A stretch of DNA of 64,000 nt, from positions 1,994 through 65,993 of the forward strand of contig CAJWTC010000002.1 in the NCBI GenBank assembly GCA_913046795.1. Reading direction: 5' to 3'. How positions within the stretch are numbered: the first letter of the stretch is position 1; every line of letters begins with the position of its first letter. The DNA is from an uncultured Flammeovirgaceae bacterium. Its GTDB lineage: Bacteria; Bacteroidota; Bacteroidia; Cytophagales; MED-G16. Of this stretch, positions 46,939 through 57,005 are shown in pieces. The translations under genes were made by a program, and so were the position numbers. The notes under the pieces were generated by a model. That model was not told the origin of the DNA and did no database searches. It saw nothing but the letters and a program-made list of their open reading frames with translations.

Positions 46939-48009
46939 ATGAAAATTAAAAAATTCAATATAATTGGTGTTATGTCTGGTACATCTTGTGATGGTTTAGA
47001 CATTGCATATTGTTCTTATTGGGAAAATAATGGCTCATGGAATTATAAATTAAAAAATAAATCTTTCGCTGCTTACAATTCTATTATGAGAGATAAACTT
47101 TTAAAATCTTCCAAACTTTCATCTTATAATTTAAAAAAATTAGATAACGAGCTAGGTGAATTAATCTCTGAAAGTATACTAAATTTTATAAAACAAAATT
47201 CTATTAAGCCATCTCTTATCTGTTCACATGGCCATACTGTATTGCACAATCCAAAAGAAAAGATCACTCTACAAATAGGAAACCCTTTAATAATCTCTGC
47301 TAAAACAAAAATGAAAGTAATAAGTAATTTTAGAGAATTAGATGTTTTAAGTGGTGGACAGGGTGCACCACTTGTTCCATATGGAGACAAAAAACTTTTC
47401 AGTGAGTATGACTACTGCATCAATATTGGAGGAATAGTAAATATATCTAACCTTAAATCAAAAAAACTGATAGCATACGATGTCTGCCCAGCTAATATTA
47501 TTTTAAATAAATACTCAAGAGCCATGGGGTTAGAGTATGATGAAGACGGGATCATTGCATCAAAGGGAAATAAATCTAATTCATTATTTACTAGACTAAA
47601 TGAGATCAGTTATTACAGTCAATATGGGCCAAAAAGTTTAGATATTAATTTAATAGAAAATAAATTTATTCCAATTTTGAAAGGCTATTCAAATGAAGAT
47701 ATTCTATGCACAACAACACATCATATAGCCTACCAAATAAACAAGAGTATAATATCAAAAAAGAGTCACGTATTATTAACTGGAGGAGGGGTTTTTAATA
47801 AATTTCTTCTAAAAAAAATCAGATCATATAATAAACAAGATCATAACTTTTTCGTTCCAAATAGTGACATTATTTCTTTTAAAGAAGCAATAATTTTTGG
47901 ATATTTGGGCTTACTGAGATATTTGAAGTACAAAAATATAGCTAAATCAGTTACTGGCTCAAGATACTCTTCTTCCTCAGGAATTATAGTAGAAAGTAAA
48001 TTATTTTAA
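46939..48009 (+). CDS. anmK: anhydro-N-acetylmuramic acid kinase
   Basis: 356 aa. IGVMSGTSCDGLDIA, SHGHTV.H, GGQGAPLVP, LTGGG.FN. Confidence 0.9.
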   Translation: MKIKKFNIIGVMSGTSCDGLDIAYCSYWENNGSWNYKLKNKSFAAYNSIMRDKLLKSSKLSSYNLKKLDNELGELISESILNFIKQNSIKPSLICSHGHTVLHNPKEKITLQIGNPLIISAKTKMKVISNFRELDVLSGGQGAPLVPYGDKKLFSEYDYCINIGGIVNISNLKSKKLIAYDVCPANIILNKYSRAMGLEYDEDGIIASKGNKSNSLFTRLNEISYYSQYGPKSLDINLIENKFIPILKGYSNEDILCTTTHHIAYQINKSIISKKSHVLLTGGGVFNKFLLKKIRSYNKQDHNFFVPNSDIISFKEAIIFGYLGLLRYLKYKNIAKSVTGSRYSSSSGIIVESKLF

Positions 48010-48010
48010 T

Positions 48011-49438
48011 ATGTATGAGTTAATGATCGCGGTTTTTGTAATTGGTTATGCATGTATAACTATTGAACATACACTTAAGGTTGATAAAGCAGCCATTGCA
48101 CTGATTACTGGAATTCTTTGCTGGACAATTTATGTATTTGGAAAGGAAGATATAGTAAAACTCGAAGGTATTAAGGATTATGCTGAAACAGAGTTTTCGA
48201 ATATTTATCCAGACGAAATTATTGAGACATCAGAAACTATTGGGAAGTCTACAAAAGATATTATACAACATTATGTCACTGAAGTCCAGCTTTTCGAGAT
48301 ACTCTCCGAGATATCAAGTATTCTCTTCTTCTTAATGGGTGCTATGACAATTGTTGAAATTATTGATATTCATGGCGGCTTCAGAGTTGTAACCGACCGA
48401 ATTAAAACAACAAGTAAGCTCAAACTATTTTGGATACTTGGTTTCGTAGCATTTTTCTTTTCGGCACTATTAGATAATCTTACCGCTTCAATCATAATGG
48501 TTTCTCTGACTAGAAAATTTATTGCAGATCAAAAAGATAGATGGTTTTTTCTTGGTATGATAATTATTTCAGCAAATGCAGGAGGTGCCTGGTCACCAAT
48601 AGGCGATGTAACTACAACAATGCTTTGGATTGGAGATCAGATAACTACTTACGAGGTAATAACTAAATTAATTATGCCAAGCCTTGTCTGTCTAATTGTT
48701 CCACTTATAATTATGTCACCAAAGGTAAAAGGTACATTTAATAGACCTGATACAGACAAAATGGAAGTGTCACATCACACTACGGATAAGACAAGAAATA
48801 TTGTTTTTTATAGTGGTGTAGCTGGTCTACTCTTTGTCCCAGTTTTTAAGTCAGTAACACATTATCCCCCTTTTATGGGAATGATGTTAAGCTTAGGGTT
48901 TCTATGGCTTCTGACTGATATTTTACATAGAAAAGATAATAAAGAAGACAAAAGATATTTTTCAGCTTACCACGCACTAGAGAAAATGGATGTGCCAACT
49001 TTACTTTTTTTCCTAGGGATTTTATTAGCGGTTGGTAGTCTTCAAGCAGCTGGTCAGCTTGGTCAAATGGCAACTTTTCTTGATAATGAGATAGGCACTG
49101 GAACTGAAAATGGAGTCTATACTATTGGACTAATAATTGGTTTATTATCAGCAATTGTTGATAATGTTCCTTTAGTTGCTGCCGCAATTGGAATGTATCC
49201 TCTAGAAATTGGGGGGGGAGGTTTCTTTGCACAAGATGGACTTTTTTGGCAATTCTTAGCGTATTGTGCTGGTACAGGTGGAAGTGCATTAATTATTGGG
49301 TCTGCAGCAGGTGTGGCTATAATGGGTCTTGAGAACATACCATTCTTTTGGTATTTGAAAAGGATTTCTTTCTACGCCGTTGTAGGTTATTTCTGTGGTG
49401 CTATCACTTATATTATTCAAACAAACTTATTAAGCTAA
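48011..49438 (+). CDS. nhaD: Na+/H+ antiporter, NhaD/ArsB superfamily
   Basis: 475 aa. SALLDNLTASIIMV, SANAGGAWSPIGDVTTTMLWI, SAIVDNVPLVAA. Confidence 0.8.
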   Translation: MYELMIAVFVIGYACITIEHTLKVDKAAIALITGILCWTIYVFGKEDIVKLEGIKDYAETEFSNIYPDEIIETSETIGKSTKDIIQHYVTEVQLFEILSEISSILFFLMGAMTIVEIIDIHGGFRVVTDRIKTTSKLKLFWILGFVAFFFSALLDNLTASIIMVSLTRKFIADQKDRWFFLGMIIISANAGGAWSPIGDVTTTMLWIGDQITTYEVITKLIMPSLVCLIVPLIIMSPKVKGTFNRPDTDKMEVSHHTTDKTRNIVFYSGVAGLLFVPVFKSVTHYPPFMGMMLSLGFLWLLTDILHRKDNKEDKRYFSAYHALEKMDVPTLLFFLGILLAVGSLQAAGQLGQMATFLDNEIGTGTENGVYTIGLIIGLLSAIVDNVPLVAAAIGMYPLEIGGGGFFAQDGLFWQFLAYCAGTGGSALIIGSAAGVAIMGLENIPFFWYLKRISFYAVVGYFCGAITYIIQTNLLS

Positions 49439-49447
49439 AGTTAACTT

Positions 49448-49921
49448 TCAATAATTTAAGTTAAGCATTTTCAGTAAAGTATAAGCTGATTCCATACCCT
49501 TGTCACCTTTGTTACCTCCTGAACGTGCAATTGCTTGTTTAATGTTATTAGTTGTAAGCACTCCAAATGATATTGGCTTTTTATTTTTTAAGGAAACGGA
49601 AAGTATTCCGTTAGATATAGCTCCTGCAATATATTTGTCATGATCTGTTTCTCCTTTAATAATACAACCTAGAGCTACAATACCATCTACATTATGATTC
49701 TGGAACATATGGTTGGATCCGTATACTAACTCCATACTTCCTGGAACCTTTCTTATTATCAAATTATTTTTTTTTATGCCTAATTCTAAAAAATAATTTA
49801 GACAAGAAGACATTAGCATATCAGTAATATTAGAATTCCATTCAGACTGAACTACCCCAATTTTTAGGGATTCAATGTTAAGGTTTTCAAAACTATTATC
49901 AATGATAAGACTACTCCCCAT
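49448..49921 (-). CDS. ribH: 6,7-dimethyl-8-ribityllumazine synthase
   Basis: 157 aa. VPGSMELV, ALGCIIKGETDH, ISFGVLT. Confidence 0.92.
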   Translation of the reverse strand: MGSSLIIDNSFENLNIESLKIGVVQSEWNSNITDMLMSSCLNYFLELGIKKNNLIIRKVPGSMELVYGSNHMFQNHNVDGIVALGCIIKGETDHDKYIAGAISNGILSVSLKNKKPISFGVLTTNNIKQAIARSGGNKGDKGMESAYTLLKMLNLNY

Positions 49922-50625
49922 TATATAAGTCCTTCCAATCTAGATTTGTTTTTCAATGAAATTTGAAATTCAGGTGAATCCTTAAACTCATCAATAATCT
50001 GGTCATAAGAGTTAATAGCAGAGTTGAGATCATCTATTTTTTCATAGACTAGTGCCAATTTTAAGATATACTTTGGAGTAAAATATTCATTAGGATTATT
50101 AGATGAGGCAAGTTTAAAATATTTTATAGCGTTATTATAATCCTGCAACTCAACATATGCATCCCCAATCAAAGAATAAGCTCTCGCTTGTAGTAATAAG
50201 TCTGAAGAAGAGTATGGCAATAGGTATGAAATAGCATTGTTATAATTCCCGAGTTTAAGGTAGGATACTCCAGCATAATAATGTGATAAATTAGCAGCGT
50301 CAGATAAGCTATATTCATCAATAATTTCAAGAAAACCATAATTATTTCCATCTCCATTTAATGCCTTAACAAGACTATCTTGTTCAAAATAATATACTGC
50401 CTGAAACATTTCTTCTTGAGCCTCAATATTCTGATTGTCTTTAATAAAATTATAAGTAGAAAATAATATGAATAATAAAATCAGAGACCCTGATAAAATA
50501 TAAATTAAATTTTTATTTTTATTTAAAAACTCCTCAGTCTTAGAAATACTTTCTCCAATAATTTCTGGATTTTCTATTGGAATAATTTCTTTATTATCTT
50601 TTTTTGGTTTTCTAATTTTTACCAT
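49921..50625 (-). CDS. membrane-anchored TPR protein (YfgM-like)
   Basis: 234 aa. One TM (LIYILSGSLILLFILFSTY) followed by TPR-like repeats (AHYYAGVSYLKLGNYNNAI; GDAYVELQDYNNAIKYF). 1-nt overlap with ribH. Confidence 0.65.
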   Translation of the reverse strand: MVKIRKPKKDNKEIIPIENPEIIGESISKTEEFLNKNKNLIYILSGSLILLFILFSTYNFIKDNQNIEAQEEMFQAVYYFEQDSLVKALNGDGNNYGFLEIIDEYSLSDAANLSHYYAGVSYLKLGNYNNAISYLLPYSSSDLLLQARAYSLIGDAYVELQDYNNAIKYFKLASSNNPNEYFTPKYILKLALVYEKIDDLNSAINSYDQIIDEFKDSPEFQISLKNKSRLEGLI

Positions 50626-50631
50626 AGCTAT

Positions 50632-51663
50632 TTATTCTTTGAGGAAAGGGTAATTAGTTTGAACATATACATCTGAGAAAACATCTTCTTTCTTAGGGTA
50701 AGGAGACTTTTCAGAAAATTCTACAGACTTCTTAACTTGATCTTTAATCCCAAGATCAATGTCATTTATCTGTTCTTTTGTAAGTATTTTCTTTTTCAAA
50801 ATCATATTTTTTACCTGCTCTATAGGGTCTTTATCTTTATAATGTTCTAATTCTTCTTTTGTTCTATATTTTGCAGGATCAGACATAGAATGACCTTTAA
50901 ATCTATATGTCCTAAATTCTAATAAAGATGGTCCTTCACCGCTTCTAGCTCTTTTAGCAGCTTTTGAAATAGCTCTATGAACTTTTACCACATTCATAGC
51001 ATCAACAGGTTCCGAAGGTATGTCATAGGACAAACCAGATTTATATAACTCTGTTACATTTGATGTTCTACTCACAGAGGTACCCATCGCATAACCATTG
51101 TTCTCAATAATAAATATAACTGGAAGCTTTAAAAACATCGCTATATTAACAGCCTCATGAAAAGCTCCAATCCTTAATGCTCCATCTCCAAGATATGTTA
51201 GACATAAATTATCAGTTTTTTTATATTTATCTGCAAAAGCTATTCCAGCTCCAATAGGTATTTGATTTCCTACTATACCATGACCACCAAAAAAATGTTT
51301 TTCTTTATCAAACATATGCATTGAACCTCCTTTACCTCTTGAAACTCCAGTAACTTTGCCAAAAAGTTCAGCCATTATCTTATCTGGGTTCGTTCCCAAA
51401 GCTAATGGGTGGGCATGGTCACGATAAGATGTAATATATTTATCTCCTTCTTTTAGAGCTGAGACACAACCTGATACACATGCCTCCTGACCAATATAGA
51501 GATGACAGAATCCCCTGATTTTCTGTTGTCCATAGAGCCTACCAGCCATCTCCTCAAACCTTCTCATTAGCAACATTGATTTTAACCAGTACAAATAAGT
51601 AGAAGACTCAAACTCTTCTCTTCTTACTACCTTATCTGATTTTTTTTCTTTAACTACAGCCAT
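50632..51663 (-). CDS. pdhA: pyruvate dehydrogenase E1 component alpha subunit
   Basis: 343 aa. YRDH, TPP motif YLGDGALRIGAFHEAVNIA...LPVIFIIENNGYAMGT, and YRFKGHSMSDP. Confidence 0.9.
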   Translation of the reverse strand: MAVVKEKKSDKVVRREEFESSTYLYWLKSMLLMRRFEEMAGRLYGQQKIRGFCHLYIGQEACVSGCVSALKEGDKYITSYRDHAHPLALGTNPDKIMAELFGKVTGVSRGKGGSMHMFDKEKHFFGGHGIVGNQIPIGAGIAFADKYKKTDNLCLTYLGDGALRIGAFHEAVNIAMFLKLPVIFIIENNGYAMGTSVSRTSNVTELYKSGLSYDIPSEPVDAMNVVKVHRAISKAAKRARSGEGPSLLEFRTYRFKGHSMSDPAKYRTKEELEHYKDKDPIEQVKNMILKKKILTKEQINDIDLGIKDQVKKSVEFSEKSPYPKKEDVFSDVYVQTNYPFLKE

Positions 51664-51728
51664 AACTTATTTTTCAAAAAAAAATTGAATTAGCTTTAAG
51701 CTTATTTTTTAATTCAGCACAAATATAA

Positions 51729-52805
51729 ATGCATATTGATAAAATACTGATTAATAATTTTAAAAATTATAAAGCTTTCAAAGTAGACTTCTCAAGTGGG
51801 ATAAACTATATTTTTGGAGAAAATGGTGCTGGAAAAACAAATCTACTAGATGCAATATATTATTTATCCTTAGGGAAAAGTGCTATCAACACTAACGAAG
51901 ACGAAAATATTAGAAAAAAAGAATTTTTTTTCAGAATAGAAGGAAATTATTCAAATAAAAACTCATATAAATGTTACTATGAAAATAAATCTGGAAAAAA
52001 ATTATTTGAAAATGACAACTTATATAAATCCCTTAGAAAACATATTGGAAAGATTCCTGTCGTATTTGTTAAGCCGCTTGATATAAACCTATTAAGAGGT
52101 TACAGTCTATCAAGAAGAAAGTTTTTTGATACTTTGATTTCACAGACTGATGAAGATTATTTAAATAAATTAGTTGACTATAATAGATTAATAAAACAGA
52201 GAAATAGCTACTTAAAGAACACTTATTACTTTAAAGATATTGATAAAGATATAATTAGGACATATAACGCAAAACTTATAGAGCTTAATTTGTTTTTAAG
52301 TAGAGTAAGAAAAGAAACCTCAGAAAATTTCAATAAGGAATTTAATGAAGTATCTGAAAATTTAACAAAAGAAAATTTTAATATAGAATATTCCACAGAA
52401 ATTGAAGAGGGGTTAAAACATGAAGATTTTAATAAAAAATTAGAACATGATTTTTACACTAAAAAAACTTCTTTAGGAATACATAATGATGATTATATAT
52501 TTTATTTAGATGATAGGCTAATTAAAAGATACGGCTCTCAAGGTCAACAAAAAATTTTTATAATATCTCTAAAAATATGTGAGTACCAAATCTTGATGAG
52601 AAAAACAGAGAAAAATCCTATAATATTATTGGATGATGTCTATCATAAGCTTGATAATAAAAGAATTAAACTTTTAAATAAGTACATTGAAAAAGACATT
52701 TTTAAACAAATATTCATAACTGACTCAGTTTATGAGAGATTAAAAAAAATTAAAAAACTAAAAAATATAAATATTATTGAATTATCAAATGAGGAAAAAG
52801 TCTAG
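51729..52805 (+). CDS. recF: DNA replication/repair protein RecF
   Basis: 358 aa. NFKNY...GINYIFGENGAGKTNLLDAIYYLSLGKS (Walker A), SQGQQK signature, and ILLLDDV Walker B. Confidence 0.9.
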   Translation: MHIDKILINNFKNYKAFKVDFSSGINYIFGENGAGKTNLLDAIYYLSLGKSAINTNEDENIRKKEFFFRIEGNYSNKNSYKCYYENKSGKKLFENDNLYKSLRKHIGKIPVVFVKPLDINLLRGYSLSRRKFFDTLISQTDEDYLNKLVDYNRLIKQRNSYLKNTYYFKDIDKDIIRTYNAKLIELNLFLSRVRKETSENFNKEFNEVSENLTKENFNIEYSTEIEEGLKHEDFNKKLEHDFYTKKTSLGIHNDDYIFYLDDRLIKRYGSQGQQKIFIISLKICEYQILMRKTEKNPIILLDDVYHKLDNKRIKLLNKYIEKDIFKQIFITDSVYERLKKIKKLKNINIIELSNEEKV

Positions 52806-53088
52806 AAAATCAAAACCCCTTTCCATAAGGGATTTAACATCTGAAATATATAAATCAGAAAAAATAAGTAAAAAAATAGATAGTATAGAGATATTAAATT
52901 CTTGGAACAAGATCACTAATAAATTAATTCAGGATAGGACAGAAAAAGTTTATATATCTGAAGAAAGAAAAGTTTTTATAAAAGTTAACTCCTCTCCTCT
53001 ACGTAATGAATTAGAAAATAATAAAAAGAAATTATTGAAGGAACTTCAAAAGAGACACAGTAACATTAAAGAGGTTATTTTTACTTAA
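52789..53088 (+). CDS. DUF721 protein
   Basis: About 99 aa from MRKKSRKSKPLSI. W..I....I...T....I....L.I.V.SS.L..EL pattern, in the classic position just downstream of recF. The start is ambiguous (52777 or 52789). Confidence 0.6.
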   Translation: MRKKSRKSKPLSIRDLTSEIYKSEKISKKIDSIEILNSWNKITNKLIQDRTEKVYISEERKVFIKVNSSPLRNELENNKKKLLKELQKRHSNIKEVIFT

Positions 53089-53654
53089 TTCTGAATTAGA
53101 AAATCTTTCTTAAAAATCAATAGAAGTGATACACCGATAAAAATATAAGAATCTGCCAGATTAAAAACAGGCCACAAGGAAAGGTATGAGCCACCTAAAA
53201 TAGGGATCCAAGAAGAAACATATCCCTCCCATATATCAATATAAATCATATCAATTACTTGTCCATAAAATAAGTTAAATGGTGATGATTCAGGTGCATT
53301 ATTGAATATAATCCCATAAAAAACACTATCAATTACATTTCCGATAGCACCAGAAAATATAAGAGAGATACAAACAAGAATAAGTTTATCAAATTCTTTG
53401 TTTATAATTCTAAAAAGATATAATCCAATAAAAAATGATGCTACTAATCTAAATAGTGATAAAATCAATTTAGTATATTTAAAATCAAAATTAATTCCAA
53501 AAGCCATGCCTGGGTTTTGAATATGGTATAGCTTCACAAAATCAGAGATTATTGGTATTTCAGAATACAGAGGCATGTTGTAATGAACCAATACTTTAGT
53601 TAGTTGATCTAAAAAAATTAGTGACAATATTAAAAATATAATATTTTTTCTCAT
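53085..53654 (-). CDS. lspA: lipoprotein signal peptidase (signal peptidase II)
   Basis: 189 aa. DQLTK, NPGMAFG, GAIGNVIDS, FNLADS. Confidence 0.88.
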   Translation of the reverse strand: MRKNIIFLILSLIFLDQLTKVLVHYNMPLYSEIPIISDFVKLYHIQNPGMAFGINFDFKYTKLILSLFRLVASFFIGLYLFRIINKEFDKLILVCISLIFSGAIGNVIDSVFYGIIFNNAPESSPFNLFYGQVIDMIYIDIWEGYVSSWIPILGGSYLSLWPVFNLADSYIFIGVSLLLIFKKDFLIQN

Positions 53655-53657
53655 TTT

Positions 53658-56600
53658 TTATTCCTTAGTTATGTTAAAGTATATAGATTCTTTCTCCATC
53701 TTTTTATCTAATTCAAAATCAATTTTATTTGATGAAATAATTTCACCTTTAATAACATATTCTAAGGCTTGTGTCTCATTACAAATAAAATCTTTATGCT
53801 TAACTAACGAATCAAAAACAAAAGATGATGATTTTTTAATTTCAATTTTGATTTTATCAGTTATCTCTAAAGAAATATTTTTCCTTTCATTTTGAACTTT
53901 ATTTATAAACTCCCTAGATACTCCTTCTCTAAGAAGTTCCTCATCAAGATCTGTTTCAAGGGCTATGGTAAATAACTCATTAGTAGCAACTGCTTTACCT
54001 TTAATTTCACCAAAGGATATTTCAACTTGTTCTAATAATATTTCAATTTTTTCACCGTTTTCAAGATCAAAATTAAAAGAGCCTTTAGTCTCGATATCCG
54101 TTATGTCATCACATGTCATTTCAAATATTTTCTTGGATATTAAATTCATATTTGAGCCATGAATTGACCCTAATATTTTAAAGTTAGGTTTCACTTTTTT
54201 AACAAAAATATCATTAGAGTTATCCCTTACAACCTTTAAATTTTTAACATTAACTTCAGATAAAATAATGTCTGATACAGATATTATTTCTTCTTCTTTT
54301 TCTTTTGTATCGACAGGTATAATTACAGTTGCTAACGGCTGCCTGACTCTCAATCTTTCCCTCTTTCGGACAGAGTGAATTAGAGAAGATATTTTTTGAG
54401 CATAGAGCATTTTTCTCTCTAGTTCATTTGAGATTAAGCTGGATTTAAATTTTGGAAAATCACTTAGATGAACCGAATCAAATTTATCTGAACTTATTTC
54501 CAAATCATTAAAAAGCTTTTCAGAGTAAAATGGAATAAATGGGGAGGAAATTATTGAAATTGTTTTTAAACATTCTTGAAGAGTCTGATATGCCATTATT
54601 TTATCTTCAGTTAGGTCTCCTACCCAAAATCTTTTTCTATTTAATCTTACATACCAGTTACTTAAATCTTCATTTATAAAATCATTAATTAATCTTGCTG
54701 CCTTAGTTGGATTATAAGAATTCATAGATGATTCTACTTCTTTTATTAATGAATTAAGCTTACTAATTATCCATCTATCATCAAAATTTCTTTTAACATA
54801 AGGAACTAAGGTTTCAGAGCCATTGTACTCATCAATATTAGCATAGAGTGCAAAAAAGTTGTAAGTATTTGATAAGGTCCCAAAAAATTTTCTAGAAAAT
54901 TCAGCAATTCCATCTTCATTAAATTTTAAATTATCCCAAGGGTTTGAGTTTGCAATCATATACCACCTGGTGGCATCTGGTCCATATCTTTTAATTATTT
55001 CAAATGGGTCAACTGCATTACCCAGTCTCTTTGACATTTTATTTCCATCTTTATCTAATACCAATCCATTTGATATTACATTTTTAAAACTTGACTTACC
55101 AAATAACATTATTGAGAGAGCATGTAAAGTAAAAAACCATCCCCTTGTCTGATCCACACCCTCTGCAATAAAGTCAGCAGGGAACATGTCTTTAAAAAAT
55201 TGTTCATTTTCAAATGGGTAATGATACTGTGCAAATGGGACTGATCCTGAGTCATACCAAACATCAATAATATCTTTTTCTCTATACATAGGCTCATTAT
55301 TTTCAGATACCAAAATAATATCATCAACATACGGTCTGTGTAAATCAAAATTCTTAGATAATTTATTTTTCATAAATCCGGCTTGGCATGATTTATCTAC
55401 TTCTTCTCTTAACTCCTCAATGCTTCCTATACATATTTCATCTTTACCATTTTCTGTCCTCCATATTGGAAGGGGGGTCCCCCAATACCTTGATCTACTT
55501 AAATTCCAGTCAACCAAGTTTTCTAACCAATTACCGAATCTTCCAGAACCAGTAGATTCTGGTTGCCAATTTATATTTTTATTAAGTTTTATAAATTCAG
55601 ATTTTAATTTAGTTGTATTTATAAACCAGGATTCAAGAGGATAGTATAGAATTGGTTTATCTGTCCTCCAGCAGTGAGGGTAACTATGAATATATTTCTT
55701 TACATCAAAAGCCTTATTTTCTTGTTTTAATTTAATTGAAATCTTTTCGTCAGTAGAGAGCTGACCATTAAGTACATCTGAAAAATTCTTAACTTCCATA
55801 CCAGCGAAGTCTGTTATTTCATTAACAAACTTTCCGTTTTTATCTACAATGGGTACGTCATCGTTGTTATCATCTTTAACAAAAACTCCAGGCATATTAT
55901 TTTTTCTAGAGGCCATAAAGTCATCAGAGCCAAAAGTTAATGAGATATGAACAATTCCAGTTCCCTCATCTGTAGAAACAAAATCTGCGTGAATTATAGT
56001 AAAAGCAGGTTTTTCAATTTTTACATAAGGTAATAATTGATGATAATCTAAACCACACAGTTCAGATCCTTTAATTTGTTTTATTATCTTATACTCTAAA
56101 TGATTCTCCCTAAATTTAATTTGATCATTAACGCAATTATCTTCTGAAAAGAACTTGGTAATACATTCTTTAGCCAATACGACCCTAACCTTTTTTTTTG
56201 AATATTTATTAAAGGTTTCAATCAGAACATAATCAATCTTTTTTCCAACAGCCAAACCGTTATTTGCAGGAAGAGTCCATGGTGTTGTAGTCCATGCTAA
56301 TATATAAGTATCTTCATCTCCAAATAATTTAAAAGACTTCTCATTTGATTCTATCATAAACTGAGCAGTTAATGATGTGTCTTTAATTTCTTTATACGCA
56401 CCAGGCATATTTAATTCATGAGAACTTAGACCTGTTCCTGCAGCTGGCGAATATGGCTGAATCGTATAGCCTTTATAAAGAAATCCTTTTTTATAAAGTT
56501 CCTTAAGAGACCACCATACAGATTCAATATATTTATTTTCAAAGGTTATGTATGCACCCTCAACATCTAACCAAAAACCTATCCCTTCTGTTAGCTCTTC

Positions 56601-57002
56601 CCACTTCTCCTTATACTTCATTACTGCCTTCTTACACTCTCTATTATATTCTTCTACTGATATCTTGACTCCTATATCATCTTTAGTAATACCCAATGAT
56701 TTCTCTACCTGTAGTTCAACTGGCAGTCCATGAGTATCCCAACCTCCTTTTCTAAAAACTTTATATCCTTGAATTGTTTTATACCTACAAAATACATCTT
56801 TAACTGTTCTTGCCATGACATGATGAATACCGGGTAGACCATTAGCAGATGGTGGACCCTCATAGAATGAAAAAACCTTAGATTTTTTTCTATTGTCAAT
56901 TGATTTTTGAAAAATTTGATTTTTTTTCCATAGAGAGATTATATCCTTACTTACATTATAAAGGTTTAAATCTACACTTTCATTGAACTTCTTTTTACCC
57001 AT
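53658..57002 (-). CDS. ileS: isoleucine--tRNA ligase
   Basis: 1114 aa. PSANGLPGIHHVMAR (HIGH), WTTTPWTLP editing-domain motif, KMSKRLGN (KMSKS). Confidence 0.97.
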   Translation of the reverse strand: MGKKKFNESVDLNLYNVSKDIISLWKKNQIFQKSIDNRKKSKVFSFYEGPPSANGLPGIHHVMARTVKDVFCRYKTIQGYKVFRKGGWDTHGLPVELQVEKSLGITKDDIGVKISVEEYNRECKKAVMKYKEKWEELTEGIGFWLDVEGAYITFENKYIESVWWSLKELYKKGFLYKGYTIQPYSPAAGTGLSSHELNMPGAYKEIKDTSLTAQFMIESNEKSFKLFGDEDTYILAWTTTPWTLPANNGLAVGKKIDYVLIETFNKYSKKKVRVVLAKECITKFFSEDNCVNDQIKFRENHLEYKIIKQIKGSELCGLDYHQLLPYVKIEKPAFTIIHADFVSTDEGTGIVHISLTFGSDDFMASRKNNMPGVFVKDDNNDDVPIVDKNGKFVNEITDFAGMEVKNFSDVLNGQLSTDEKISIKLKQENKAFDVKKYIHSYPHCWRTDKPILYYPLESWFINTTKLKSEFIKLNKNINWQPESTGSGRFGNWLENLVDWNLSRSRYWGTPLPIWRTENGKDEICIGSIEELREEVDKSCQAGFMKNKLSKNFDLHRPYVDDIILVSENNEPMYREKDIIDVWYDSGSVPFAQYHYPFENEQFFKDMFPADFIAEGVDQTRGWFFTLHALSIMLFGKSSFKNVISNGLVLDKDGNKMSKRLGNAVDPFEIIKRYGPDATRWYMIANSNPWDNLKFNEDGIAEFSRKFFGTLSNTYNFFALYANIDEYNGSETLVPYVKRNFDDRWIISKLNSLIKEVESSMNSYNPTKAARLINDFINEDLSNWYVRLNRKRFWVGDLTEDKIMAYQTLQECLKTISIISSPFIPFYSEKLFNDLEISSDKFDSVHLSDFPKFKSSLISNELERKMLYAQKISSLIHSVRKRERLRVRQPLATVIIPVDTKEKEEEIISVSDIILSEVNVKNLKVVRDNSNDIFVKKVKPNFKILGSIHGSNMNLISKKIFEMTCDDITDIETKGSFNFDLENGEKIEILLEQVEISFGEIKGKAVATNELFTIALETDLDEELLREGVSREFINKVQNERKNISLEITDKIKIEIKKSSSFVFDSLVKHKDFICNETQALEYVIKGEIISSNKIDFELDKKMEKESIYFNITKE

Positions 57003-57005
57003 AAC

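Noticed and set aside
49211-49218. G8 homopolymer in nhaD (encodes the GGGG of EIGGGGFF).
   Set aside because: It sits in an essential-looking, conserved Gly-rich segment of a housekeeping transporter. A phase-variation role seems unlikely. I note it only because it shows that G-runs are not unique to the integrase-like ORF.
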